64,000 nt of DNA from an uncultured Methanosarcinales archaeon (GTDB lineage Archaea; Nanobdellota; Nanobdellia; Woesearchaeales; CAZYIM01): assembly GCA_964647565.1 (NCBI GenBank), contig CAZYIM010000008.1, positions 3,072 to 67,071 of the forward strand, written 5' to 3'. A model generated the notes under the pieces. That model searched no databases and was not told where the DNA came from. It saw only the letters and a program-made list of their open reading frames with translations. Shown here one piece after another: positions 9,202-19,149 of the stretch. Each line of letters begins with the position of its first letter. Position 1 is the stretch's first letter. Both the position numbers and the translations under genes were made by a program.

Positions 9202-10794
9202 ATGAGAATAAAATTGTTGAAACTGCCTGTTTATGAGACAGATATAAATGAAGACACGTATGAAACAAAATATCCCATGATACCTTTAGGTTTGTCAATA
9301 TTAAAGGCATCTTTAAATAAGAGTAATATTGCTGCAGTTCAAGATGATTTGTCTGTAAAGATCTTCAGGCAGAATATAAAAAATAAATTAATAGATATGA
9401 AATTGTTCAACAATGAAAAAAAAGTTAACAATTTTATTAAGACCAAGTCAGACCTGATTCTGGAAAAAGAGGGTGAGAAGATGTTGGCTCTTACCAACAG
9501 CAGAGGATTTGATTTGTTCGGATTCTCTGTTGAAGTGACCAATAATCCTTCAACAAGCGGGATTGTCTCTGTCCTGTCCAAGCTTATCAAGGAAAAATAT
9601 TCTGTACCGATAATTTGTGGTGGGAGGGCTCCTCCAGAGGTTGTCAACAAATGGCTGAGGAACAAAATTATAGATTATTGGGTTAACGAAGGGCCTTATA
9701 ATAATCAGGCTCAGGTGTTGGTTGAGGTTTGTAAACAATTTGAAAAGAGAAGCTTTGATCCCAAGAATATTCCCTTGCTGAGTTATTTTCAAAATGGAAA
9801 GATAATGACCAATCAGGCATTTATGGAGAAAGATGAGTTTATAACTCCTGATTTTGATGGCCTGCCCTTGGATATGTATAGAAAAAACAGAAAAATATTA
9901 TCAGAAAAGTTTGGTCCTGTTGTAGATAACATATTGATCTTGCCTTATTTTTTTATTACGGGATGTCCGAACAGCTGTGCGTTTTGCTCCAACGGCCCTA
10001 CAAAGTATTTTATGATGAAAGATCCTGAAAAAGTCAGTGCAGATCTGAAATTGCTCAGTAAGAAGTATAGGACAAAATATTTTTATTTTCTGAATAGCAG
10101 CATAAATCCGACCAAGGTTTACGTAAACAATCTCTTGAAGTCCTTTACAAACAACAATGTCTCTGTATTATTCACTGACTGTGCTTCTTTTAGAAATATG
10201 GATGAGAAACTCCTTGAGAAACTAAAAGCAAATGGGGCAACACGATTGATATATGGTCTTGAAACAGCTAGTCCGCGACTATTAAAATATATTAATAAGA
10301 GCCTGGATATTGCCCATGCAGAGCGGATGCTGAAAAAATCATTTGAATTGGGAATAATCAGTGAAATTGAGCTAATCCCGGGATTGCCATATGAACGTGA
10401 TGAAGACATTAAAAAAACTGTTCGATTCGTCGAGAAAAATAAGAAGTATATACAGCATGCGAATATCTTTAAATTTTGGTTGGACGGTTGGTTCCTAAAG
10501 GCGCCTGACAGGTTCGGTCTTAGGTTGTTATCAACAAAAGAGGAAAAACTATATATACCAGGAAATAAGAGAGTATTTGAGGAGATATCAGGACTTAATT
10601 ACAGGCAGAAGATAGAGCAAACAGAAAAATCATATCGAGTGCTTAGGAAACATTCAATACTGTATCATATCAATGATGTTCCAGGTATTACCATTGATGA
10701 ATATTTGTTTATTATGAACATAACGCATATAATGTACAGGCAATCAGGCATATTAAAAAAACGTTTCCAAAAATACAACCAAATTGCTGAGTAA
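9202..10794 (+). CDS. B12-binding-type radical SAM protein
   Basis: PLGLSILKA, IICGG, PDFDGLP, GCPNSCAFC, YGLETAS, IPGLPYE. Confidence 0.85.
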   Translation: MRIKLLKLPVYETDINEDTYETKYPMIPLGLSILKASLNKSNIAAVQDDLSVKIFRQNIKNKLIDMKLFNNEKKVNNFIKTKSDLILEKEGEKMLALTNSRGFDLFGFSVEVTNNPSTSGIVSVLSKLIKEKYSVPIICGGRAPPEVVNKWLRNKIIDYWVNEGPYNNQAQVLVEVCKQFEKRSFDPKNIPLLSYFQNGKIMTNQAFMEKDEFITPDFDGLPLDMYRKNRKILSEKFGPVVDNILILPYFFITGCPNSCAFCSNGPTKYFMMKDPEKVSADLKLLSKKYRTKYFYFLNSSINPTKVYVNNLLKSFTNNNVSVLFTDCASFRNMDEKLLEKLKANGATRLIYGLETASPRLLKYINKSLDIAHAERMLKKSFELGIISEIELIPGLPYERDEDIKKTVRFVEKNKKYIQHANIFKFWLDGWFLKAPDRFGLRLLSTKEEKLYIPGNKRVFEEISGLNYRQKIEQTEKSYRVLRKHSILYHINDVPGITIDEYLFIMNITHIMYRQSGILKKRFQKYNQIAE

Positions 10795-10891
10795 TTAAAA
10801 AATTGCCGGCATCTTTAGCAATCAAAGATCGTTAAGGTTCAAGGAAAGTAAATTTCCTAAGAACCTTCTTGAATATGTGAAGGTGAATACT

Positions 10892-12172
10892 ATGACAATG
10901 CAACTAGCAAAGGGGGTCCGTGATTTTCCCCCAGAGGATAAGATAGCAAGACAGAAGCTTGTAGATAGTTTGAGGACTATCTTCGAGAGATTTGGATTTG
11001 TTCCACTTGAGACTCCGATTATAGAACGCTGGGAGACGCTTACTGCCAAGGGTGGTGCAGGTGAAGAATCTGATGCTTATAAGGAGATCTTTAGGTTTTC
11101 TGATCAAGGTGACAGAAAACTAGGTCTGAGGTTTGACTTGACAGTGCCGATGTCACGGTTTGTTGCTATGAACCCTAATCTAAAGATGCCTTTCAAACGA
11201 TATCAGATAGGCCGGGTTTATAGGGATGGTCCGATCAAGACTGGCAGATATAGAGAATTCTGGCAGTGCGATACAGATATTGTGGGCTGTAAGGAGATGA
11301 CTGCTGATGCCGAGTGCATCAATGTAACCAGAAAGGTGTTTGAAACCCTGAATCTGGATGTGAACATCTTTGTGAGTAATCGAAAACTTCTTTCTGCATT
11401 AGTTGAAAAAGCAGGAATTTCTGTTGAATTGGTTGAAAGTGTCTTGGTCAGTGTGGATAAGCTGGATAAATATGGAGAGAAAGGTGTGATTGAGGATATG
11501 ATGAACAAGGGCTTTGACAAGGAAGAGGCTGAAAATGTCCTGAAGTTTATCAATGTTCAGGGTTCTAATGATGAGAAGCTTAAGAAACTGGATACGATTG
11601 TTCCTGGAAATGAAGGATTGAATGAGATGAAGGTTCTTTTAAGTTTTTTGCCCTATGATAATGTTGTTTTTTTACCTTCCTTAGCAAGAGGCCTTAGCTA
11701 TTATACTGGTCCTGTCTGGGAAGTTTACTCTAAGAAAAAAGAACTCAACTTCTCTTTAGCAGGCGGTGGCAGATACGACAAGATGATTGGAGACTTCATA
11801 GATTCTGGCAAGGAGTTTCCTGCGACAGGCCTGGCATTTGGTCTTGAGCCAATCCTTGAGACCATGAAGATAGAAAAGAAGATTGAGCTTTCCAAGTCAA
11901 CCGCACAGGTTTATCTGATTCCGATCGGAACATTGAAAGAGTCACTAGATATTGCAGAAAACCTAAGGAGCGAGGGTATAAATACAGATGTTGATATAAT
12001 GGGTAGAGGTATTTCGAAGAACTTGAATTATGCTAATTCCCTGGGTATCCCTTTTGTTATTTTCATTGGTGAGGATGAACTGAAGAGCAAGATGTTTAAG
12101 TTAAAAGACATGAAAAGCGGAAAGGAAGAGACCCTGAGTAAAGAAGAGATTATTAAGAATTTGTCACAATGA
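10892..12172 (+). CDS. hisS: Histidine--tRNA ligase
   Basis: KGVRDF, LRFDLTVP, GRYREFWQCD, LARGLSYYTG, GGGRYD. Confidence 0.98.
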   Translation: MTMQLAKGVRDFPPEDKIARQKLVDSLRTIFERFGFVPLETPIIERWETLTAKGGAGEESDAYKEIFRFSDQGDRKLGLRFDLTVPMSRFVAMNPNLKMPFKRYQIGRVYRDGPIKTGRYREFWQCDTDIVGCKEMTADAECINVTRKVFETLNLDVNIFVSNRKLLSALVEKAGISVELVESVLVSVDKLDKYGEKGVIEDMMNKGFDKEEAENVLKFINVQGSNDEKLKKLDTIVPGNEGLNEMKVLLSFLPYDNVVFLPSLARGLSYYTGPVWEVYSKKKELNFSLAGGGRYDKMIGDFIDSGKEFPATGLAFGLEPILETMKIEKKIELSKSTAQVYLIPIGTLKESLDIAENLRSEGINTDVDIMGRGISKNLNYANSLGIPFVIFIGEDELKSKMFKLKDMKSGKEETLSKEEIIKNLSQ

Positions 12173-12672
12173 AGACGATCATCTTGATCCCATTTGAACT
12201 CAAAGAAAAGAACTTACTCGGTTATCTGAAAAAAGAAATAGAAACTAGATTTGAATCAAGGGTAATAATTCACAGTTCTACCCTACTTCCGCTTTGTCGA
12301 AAACGGGAAAACCAGAGTCATGCAGAAGATTTTTTGCCGATTGTCAGAAAGATCTGCATGGAGCACAAGGCCTTCTATGGATTAGGAGTTATGGATGGTG
12401 ATCTGTACATTGATGAAATGAACTTCGTCTTAGGTTTTTCATTTATGACTTCTTCAATCATAGGCTTGGCCAGGTTAAGGGATAAGGATAAACATCTATT
12501 CTTTGAGAGGGCTGCTAAAGAATCCTTTCATGAACTCGGACATCTATTTGGCTTAAAGCATTGTAAAGACAAGAATTGTGTGATGTATCTCTCCAGCTCT
12601 ATTGAAGAGACTGATAAGAAAGGGTCTGAATTTTGTATTAAATGCAAGGAATGTTCAGTTCTAAAGAATTAG
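12169..12672 (+). CDS. amzA: Archaemetzincin (peptidase M54)
   Basis: HELGHLFGLKHC..CVMY..DKK..FC..C. Confidence 0.9.
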   Translation: MKTIILIPFELKEKNLLGYLKKEIETRFESRVIIHSSTLLPLCRKRENQSHAEDFLPIVRKICMEHKAFYGLGVMDGDLYIDEMNFVLGFSFMTSSIIGLARLRDKDKHLFFERAAKESFHELGHLFGLKHCKDKNCVMYLSSSIEETDKKGSEFCIKCKECSVLKN

Positions 12673-13016
12673 AGGATCTTTATCATTCCTCGATCTTCTA
12701 TTAACTCACCTCTTCTGATAAGTTCATTTATATCTTCTTCACCAAATTTTTTCAAGGTTAGAATTGATTCAATAGGTTGGTTGGCCATGACATAATCAAG
12801 GATCTCTGAGTATTTATCTTCCTTTTTGTCATCGCTCCCGTGTTTTGCGATAAACTCATGGACTGCAATAATGTGCTTGCATTCTGCATTCTGTTGTTTC
12901 ATCCGGAAGATGAATGCAGGGCATTCGCAAAAGGGCATATGAATATCAACTTTGTAGAATTTGCCTTTCTTAGATGATTCAACCAGGTAGAAATCCCCCT
13001 CCTTCTTGATGTTCAT
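12669..13016 (-). CDS. SWIM zinc-finger protein
   Basis: CECP...CKHI. Confidence 0.8.
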   Translation of the reverse strand: MNIKKEGDFYLVESSKKGKFYKVDIHMPFCECPAFIFRMKQQNAECKHIIAVHEFIAKHGSDDKKEDKYSEILDYVMANQPIESILTLKKFGEEDINELIRRGELIEDRGMIKIL

Positions 13017-13075
13017 AGAATGCGATAATAGCTTGTGTTATTTAAATTTTTAGAAAAAAAGAAAAAATAAAGATG

Positions 13076-13657
13076 CTAGACTGTATCCTTGTCTTCTTCA
13101 GCATCTGCTTCTGAAGATTCAGCTTCGGGTTCAGACTCGACCGGTTCTTCAACTGCGCTATCTTCAGAGGTCACATCTTCCTCAACTTCTGAGTCAGTAT
13201 CCTCTAATACAGGTTCAGCTACCTCTGCTTCTGCTGTAGTTTCTTCTGCTTCTACCAATGCTTCTTCTTCAGGTACTATCTCTGATTCAGGTTCTTCTGC
13301 GACGTCGTCAGCAGCAGCTTCTTCAGCTTCAGGTTCTATCTCTGTTTCTACTTCTTCTTCGGTTGTTTCTTCTGGTTCGTCTTCAAATGCTTCTTCAGTA
13401 ACTTCATCTGTTGCTTCAGGTTCTTCTGCGATTTCGTCAGCAGCAGCTTCTTCAGCTTCAGGTTCTATCTCTGTTTCTGCTGCTTCTTCTGGTTCTGCTT
13501 CTTCAGGAGTTTCTTCAACTGTTTCAGCTTCTGCTTCTTCTGGTTCTGCCTCTGCTTCTTGGCTAGGGGCAGGCTCTTCTACTTCGGTAACTTCAGGTTC
13601 TGAAGGTGGTGAGATCTCCTCTTCATTTTCTTCTGGTGGAATAGTTTCTTCTTCCAT
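13076..13657 (-). CDS. Highly acidic low-complexity protein with internal repeat
   Basis: GAGGTGA SD and TATA upstream; Glu/Ala/Pro-rich; 45-bp identical blocks at 13305-13349 and 13434-13478. Confidence 0.75.
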   Translation of the reverse strand: MEEETIPPEENEEEISPPSEPEVTEVEEPAPSQEAEAEPEEAEAETVEETPEEAEPEEAAETEIEPEAEEAAADEIAEEPEATDEVTEEAFEDEPEETTEEEVETEIEPEAEEAAADDVAEEPESEIVPEEEALVEAEETTAEAEVAEPVLEDTDSEVEEDVTSEDSAVEEPVESEPEAESSEADAEEDKDTV

Positions 13658-13793
13658 AAATAATCACCTCGTGTTCTATTCTGCTATCAGATGGTTTATA
13701 AAGTTTGTTAAAATTTCGAAACAATTATATCAACTTCAAAATTAATAAAGAATTCTGTAATTTTTTCTACATTAATCAGAAAGAATTTTAAGA

Positions 13794-15686
13794 TTATTTA
13801 ATCAGTACCATACGTTTAGTCTTGACTCCGTTCGGTGAAGTCAATTTAGAAGTATAGATGCCTGATGCGACATGTGAGCCTGCTCTGTCAGTTCCGTCCC
13901 AGGTAGCCTGGTGTTTGCCTGGCTGAACATATTTATCAAAAACAGTCTTTATCCTTTGTCCTGCAGTATTATAGATCTCGAGTTTTGCTGCGCCTGACTT
14001 TGAGGTTTCGAACATCAGCTTGGTTGTGTTGTTGAATGGATTGGGATAGTTCTGGTATAAGAAATTCTTTGGCATCTGATGATCCTCGCCATCAACGCCT
14101 GTAACAGGTATTTCGTAGGTCCACAAGATGAGGTTTGCCAGGCCTGTTTCATCACTGCTTCCTGCAAGATTATTCAAAAGCGTATATTCCCTGTCTCCGT
14201 CAGCATTGACACACATATTTGCATTGTATGTTAATTTGGTACCTGTGATTGGATAGGTGAATTTTCTTGGACCGATAGCTGCGAACTTGTTGATCAACTC
14301 TAAAGCAGTTACAGCACCATCTGTGTTAGTATCTATGTCAAAATAGTCACCTGTCTTTTTTATGGAGTTTAGGAACATGTTTGGAAGATCATTTTGATAC
14401 ATTAGCCAGTCATTATGTGGTGCCAATGAAAATGCAGCTATGCCGTCTCCATAGAAATTATCCAGGAAGTCGCCTCCAAAATCAGAACCTATAAGTGGTA
14501 TGACCACTTTTGCATGATCTTTAAGTTTTTGGAAGAGTTCTGCAACTTCGATATCTATTGGTGAGATGGGATATATTTCAATTCCGCTTTTCCACTGGTA
14601 ATGTACAACATCATCGATTTCATTCCGATTCCAGTCCACTCCCTTAAAGCCTCCCTGGTTGTCTTCATCCAGACCATTGACTTGCAGATCTTCTAAGTTA
14701 AGGGTGTTCAGGTCAACATCGCCCATGTCTACTGCGATGGCTGCTTTATAGCTGCCGTTTTTCTTAAATGCGAAAATGATATCATTAAAATTATTTTGGT
14801 TCTTGTCTACATCAAAACCATATATCTCTGCTTTGATTGCCTCATCTGATATAAGTGCTGTGTGCGATGAATCATTAAGCACCTTATCGAGAAAATCAGC
14901 TCTCTTGGCTGGATCTACGCGTCCATCTCTGTCACTATCGAATTCTGGTTTTAAAAGGTATTCTATCTTGTAGATGAGTTTCTTGGTTGCTGTAGTGTCT
15001 GGATCATGTAGAACTAAGTGACCTGGAAGTTTCACTCTGTCTGGAGTTGCTGTATAGACTATTCCTTTGGCTGGATCGCCATTCTCTCCCAGGCTCCAGT
15101 TGATCCAGGGCATATCTAATCCTACATTCCTTTGGCTGCCGCCATAGACTACAAGAGATTCAGTATAATCCTCGCTTTCCAGAAGATCATTGTCAAATAT
15201 GGGACTCTCTGTAGGAGTGACCAAACCATTGACATAAGTGTAACCTTTAAATGAGGATTGACTGTCCTTGTCAAACTTGCCATAGCCGTTGGTAAGTAGC
15301 ATCGGACCTAAGACGACATTCCATTTGCCATTGGTCTCCATTATAGCTGCAATCTCGTTTATGCTGGAATCCAGGCTTGCATAAGTTGCATCTCCTGAAA
15401 TAGGCACGTTACCAATGACAGTTGTGTCTGGCCTTGGTACGTGCACATAAAAATTCTCAGGTTTTACAATGTTGTTGCTTGTAAGTTCATTAAAAATCTC
15501 TTCGAGTTCCTCATGGCATTTTTGAGTATTTGCCTTGTATTGGTGATCATTAGCATAATAGACAAACCAGTTTTCCCTCTCTTCGATAGCTTGGTTTGGT
15601 TGTTGTGCTTTTGCTGTAGAATTAAGCATGAATGGTAGTGCTAAAAGTGATAGCCAACTAGCTGCTTTGCGAAATATTTTCTTCAT
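13794..15686 (-). CDS. Secreted protein with C-terminal T9SS type A sorting/FlgD Ig-like domain
   Basis: Signal peptide (..STAKAQ); C-terminus LYQNYPNPFN..IYNTAGQRIKT..WDGTD..VASGIY..KRMVLIK; DxDxDG Ca-binding motifs. Confidence 0.8.
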   Translation of the reverse strand: MKKIFRKAASWLSLLALPFMLNSTAKAQQPNQAIEERENWFVYYANDHQYKANTQKCHEELEEIFNELTSNNIVKPENFYVHVPRPDTTVIGNVPISGDATYASLDSSINEIAAIMETNGKWNVVLGPMLLTNGYGKFDKDSQSSFKGYTYVNGLVTPTESPIFDNDLLESEDYTESLVVYGGSQRNVGLDMPWINWSLGENGDPAKGIVYTATPDRVKLPGHLVLHDPDTTATKKLIYKIEYLLKPEFDSDRDGRVDPAKRADFLDKVLNDSSHTALISDEAIKAEIYGFDVDKNQNNFNDIIFAFKKNGSYKAAIAVDMGDVDLNTLNLEDLQVNGLDEDNQGGFKGVDWNRNEIDDVVHYQWKSGIEIYPISPIDIEVAELFQKLKDHAKVVIPLIGSDFGGDFLDNFYGDGIAAFSLAPHNDWLMYQNDLPNMFLNSIKKTGDYFDIDTNTDGAVTALELINKFAAIGPRKFTYPITGTKLTYNANMCVNADGDREYTLLNNLAGSSDETGLANLILWTYEIPVTGVDGEDHQMPKNFLYQNYPNPFNNTTKLMFETSKSGAAKLEIYNTAGQRIKTVFDKYVQPGKHQATWDGTDRAGSHVASGIYTSKLTSPNGVKTKRMVLIK

Positions 15687-15749
15687 AGATCTCGGAAATG
15701 CATCTATATTTATATATTTTTCCAAGATATTGACTTGGGAGTAGTAATT

Positions 15750-16772
15750 TTATTGGGGATAGGCTTCTTCAATCAACTTTTCATGACCTTTTATAGCCTC
15801 TCTAACAGGTTCCAATAGTTTGTTGATCTCCTTGGCTAAAGCCATTTTCAGGTCAAGTGGATGCAGTTGCTTAGCGACAAATGCATCTTCCAGTTCTTGA
15901 TAGTTCTTGAAAGTCAAGTTACCGCCAAACTTTTCAGGTCTTTCAATAAGGAAATCCTCTCCTTTGTCATCTTTTATGACCATAAGGATGTGTTGGATGA
16001 AACTTAATATTCCATTTTCTGCAACTTCTCCTTCAGGGCAAAATGCCTTGTTGAGCTTTTTCTTAATATCTTCTTCAGAGTCAAGCAGATCGATTTTGGA
16101 GTCTGCGACAGATGCAGACATCTTCTCTCCAATCAGGCCGGGTATTATAGGTGTCATTACCTCAATCCTGCTCTTGTAACCAACCTTAGGATTGTACTCC
16201 CTGGCAAACATGAAAATCTTTCTTTGGTCAACGCCGCCGTACTGGACATCTACACCGAGATATTCCTCATCAAGTGCCTGTTTGATGGGATAGATGAGAC
16301 CAGAAAGCTTGGGGTTGTCAGATTGTTTTACAACATCAGAGCTTGCCTTCATGCAATCGTGAACAGAAGCATAGGTTGACATCCTAAGTACGTCATAGTA
16401 ATATTTTCCATTCTTCTGAATATCAGATCCCTTGACCATCTCAAAGTTGTTTATATCTGCGCCGATTGACTTGAACATTGCAGGAACAACAATCTTGTAA
16501 TATTCGAATCTTTTTTCAAGTAGATCCCAGGGTGTGTTATCCAAAGCCCCATGCAGGTCTGCTAATAGTAGGATTGTTCTAAATCCTGCTTTTAAGAAAT
16601 CAGCAAGCTTGAGTACCCAGAGGAAATAAGCTACGTGTGGTCTGCCTGTGATGGCTGTGCCAAGATAGACAGAAGGCTTTTCCTTTTTCTTGAGCAGCGC
16701 TCTAAACTCATCTTCTGTGATTATTTCCTGAGTATTTCTCTTGATAAGATTAAATCTTTCTTCGACATCCAT
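15750..16772 (-). CDS. tyrS: Tyrosine--tRNA ligase (archaeal/eukaryotic type)
   Basis: YLGTAITGRPHVAY, GGVDQRKI, KMSAS, LHPLDLK. Confidence 0.97.
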   Translation of the reverse strand: MDVEERFNLIKRNTQEIITEDEFRALLKKKEKPSVYLGTAITGRPHVAYFLWVLKLADFLKAGFRTILLLADLHGALDNTPWDLLEKRFEYYKIVVPAMFKSIGADINNFEMVKGSDIQKNGKYYYDVLRMSTYASVHDCMKASSDVVKQSDNPKLSGLIYPIKQALDEEYLGVDVQYGGVDQRKIFMFAREYNPKVGYKSRIEVMTPIIPGLIGEKMSASVADSKIDLLDSEEDIKKKLNKAFCPEGEVAENGILSFIQHILMVIKDDKGEDFLIERPEKFGGNLTFKNYQELEDAFVAKQLHPLDLKMALAKEINKLLEPVREAIKGHEKLIEEAYPQ

Positions 16773-16862
16773 TGTAGAGAAAAGTTATTGAACTATGTTT
16801 AAATTGTTTTCTGTTTTAAAGAGGCCAAAGATTTATATAATTAAAGATTTATGATTAAGATA

Positions 16863-17291
16863 ATGTCCGAAAATTACAATGGAGTCATAGGAATTATATT
16901 TCAAAGAGGAAATCCATTCAAATTTCTCTTGATTCATAATAAAAAAACAGGTAACATCTCTTTTATAGCAGGCGGAAAAGACGGTGATGAATCTTCTAGC
17001 AGACAAACTTTAGCCAGAGAGGTGAAGGAAGAAACCGGATTAGTTCCGTCAGATTATTTAGTTATTGAAACACCTATTTTTCACGAATTCATCTATAATT
17101 CTAAGAAAAAAGAACGAGCTGGCCAAACGGCCAGACAATCAGTTTACCTGATTGAAACTAATAAAACAGATTTGACACCGGAAGATTCTGACTCAAAAAT
17201 TGATGGTTGGTATATTGCTGAAGAAGTTACTCAAAGATTAACGTTCTCTGATTCTAAAGAATTATTCAAGAAAGCTATAAAATATATCTAA
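16863..17291 (+). CDS. NUDIX hydrolase
   Basis: Nudix box GGKDGDES..REVKEETG. Confidence 0.9.
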   Translation: MSENYNGVIGIIFQRGNPFKFLLIHNKKTGNISFIAGGKDGDESSSRQTLAREVKEETGLVPSDYLVIETPIFHEFIYNSKKKERAGQTARQSVYLIETNKTDLTPEDSDSKIDGWYIAEEVTQRLTFSDSKELFKKAIKYI

Positions 17292-17299
17292 TTTCTGTT

Positions 17300-17566
17300 T
17301 TACTCTTCATCTTCGTCATCTCTGTTACGAAGCAGCCAGTATGCACTTGACGAACTTGCTGCGGCAATGGCCGCAATGACAGCAGGACTAAGCCCGCCAT
17401 CATCGCCATTACCTGCGTAAGCTGGGGTTGAAATTACTAAGAACGGGATTGTTACAAGACCTAGATACTTGGCTCTATGTCCGAAGTTCTTGACTTTATC
17501 TCCGATGTCATAAAGTCTTTCCTTGTAATTGGTGACTCTTTGATATAGGTCTTGCAGGATGATCAC
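17300..17566 (-). CDS. Small membrane protein
   Basis: Two hydrophobic segments; overlaps the stop of the upstream gene. Confidence 0.55.
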   Translation of the reverse strand: MIILQDLYQRVTNYKERLYDIGDKVKNFGHRAKYLGLVTIPFLVISTPAYAGNGDDGGLSPAVIAAIAAASSSSAYWLLRNRDDEDEE

Positions 17567-18084
17567 CTTAAGTCTTCATATTCTGTGAGGTTGGTCAATA
17601 TTCCATCGAGTGTTGAGGAAAGGTTGTTATTTGGCATAGGTTCTACTTGTATCCAGCCCTTTTTTTGCAGAAACCTTTCTACAAACTCTTCTGCAGTATA
17701 AGGCTTATCTGGATTCAGGGTTTCATATTCTAATCCATATCTACTGTTTATCTCTAGTGATTCTGAGTAGGGAATTAATAGGTCTATTTTGCCTTCTGTT
17801 GTTTCAAATCTTGCCATCTGGTATGTGTGGGATCCTGCTGTCGAATTATAGTTGTAACCCACATCTCCATAATTTACAGCTATCAATTTGGCGTTATCTA
17901 TCTTTTCTTTAGTGCTGATAAATTCAGAGGTTGCATATGGTGATGAGTATGGTGATGATTCAACTGCTTCTGTTTGTACAGGTTCTTCTGTAGATTCTTC
18001 GTTAGGTTCGCATGCCATCCATACGCCTGCTGAGCCTGCCAGGAACAATGTTGATAAAATAATATGTTTTAGTCTCCTGTTCAT
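17563..18084 (-). CDS. Putative lipoprotein
   Basis: Basic N-terminus, hydrophobic core, WMA-C lipobox-like motif, acidic linker. Confidence 0.55.
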   Translation of the reverse strand: MNRRLKHIILSTLFLAGSAGVWMACEPNEESTEEPVQTEAVESSPYSSPYATSEFISTKEKIDNAKLIAVNYGDVGYNYNSTAGSHTYQMARFETTEGKIDLLIPYSESLEINSRYGLEYETLNPDKPYTAEEFVERFLQKKGWIQVEPMPNNNLSSTLDGILTNLTEYEDLR

Positions 18085-18258
18085 TTTTATCACCTTTGAA
18101 TATATTATGTGGGATTAGAGATATAAAACTTTTCTCAAGAATTTTATTGAAATAATAGAAAAAACGAGGATATTTTAGTCAAAACAGAACAATTTGGTGC
18201 AGTTTTAAGCATTTTAATGCTCATAAACTTTATAAACATAGCTGTGTAGGAACTATTC

Positions 18259-19128
18259 ATGTCATGGGTTTTATACTGTCTGGGTGCAGTTGTTGTTTGG
18301 GCTGTAGTCAATATTCTAGATAAATTCGTGATGTCTAAGGAGGCTAAGGATGCATATCTGGCGGCAGCAGTCTCGGGTATCACATCATTTATTGTTCTAG
18401 GTATAATATCGATGGTTAAAGGACCAATTTCGCTGCCTGTTGACATGATCATTCTTGCGCTTGCAGCAGGTTCGTGCCAGGTAATAGGGGTCTGGTTCTA
18501 CTATCAATCTATACAGGATGAGGATGTCTCAAAGATGATGCCTCTTTACTCGATAGCACCTATTTTTGTTGCTCTTCTCTCATGGGCTTTTTTAGGGGAA
18601 GTCTTTTCCAAGCTGATTTATCTTGGGATACTGCTCATAATTGCAGGCTCGTTCATACTTTCATATAAGAAAGGCAACCACAAGATAACCTTGAATCCTT
18701 TACTCTTTATTGTAATATTGTCTACCTTGATTTTTGCCTTCAGAGCTTTATTTATCAAGATGGCAACTTTACAGGCAGAACTCTGGCCTGTTTTCTTCTG
18801 GATAGGATTAGGGACGTTAATACCTTCGATAGTGTTCTTGGTTATCCATCGTATACGCAGGAACCAGCTGAAGGCTATAGAACATTTCTTTATTGTTGAT
18901 ATTATAAGCCAAGGAGGTTATATTCTGAATCTCCTGGCCATCTCAGCAGGTCCAATAGCCCTTGTTAGTGCATTGACCCAGACCAAACCTCTGCTAGTCT
19001 TTATATTTGCAACCTTTGTAACTTTGTTCAAACCTAAATTCATAAAAGAAGATCTTACAAGAACATTGGTTATCAGGAAGATAATAGCTATAGTGCTTAT
19101 TATTGCAGGTTCTTTGTTGATAATATAA
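18259..19128 (+). CDS. EamA/DMT-family transporter
   Basis: About 10 TMs in two repeats; NILDK, FLGE motifs. Confidence 0.9.
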   Translation: MSWVLYCLGAVVVWAVVNILDKFVMSKEAKDAYLAAAVSGITSFIVLGIISMVKGPISLPVDMIILALAAGSCQVIGVWFYYQSIQDEDVSKMMPLYSIAPIFVALLSWAFLGEVFSKLIYLGILLIIAGSFILSYKKGNHKITLNPLLFIVILSTLIFAFRALFIKMATLQAELWPVFFWIGLGTLIPSIVFLVIHRIRRNQLKAIEHFFIVDIISQGGYILNLLAISAGPIALVSALTQTKPLLVFIFATFVTLFKPKFIKEDLTRTLVIRKIIAIVLIIAGSLLII

Positions 19129-19149
19129 ATTCAAGAATTATTTTCCTAT

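Noticed and set aside
13089-13745. Ser-rich 218-aa ORF
   Set aside because: Antisense shadow of the Glu-rich gene, which has the SD and TATA.
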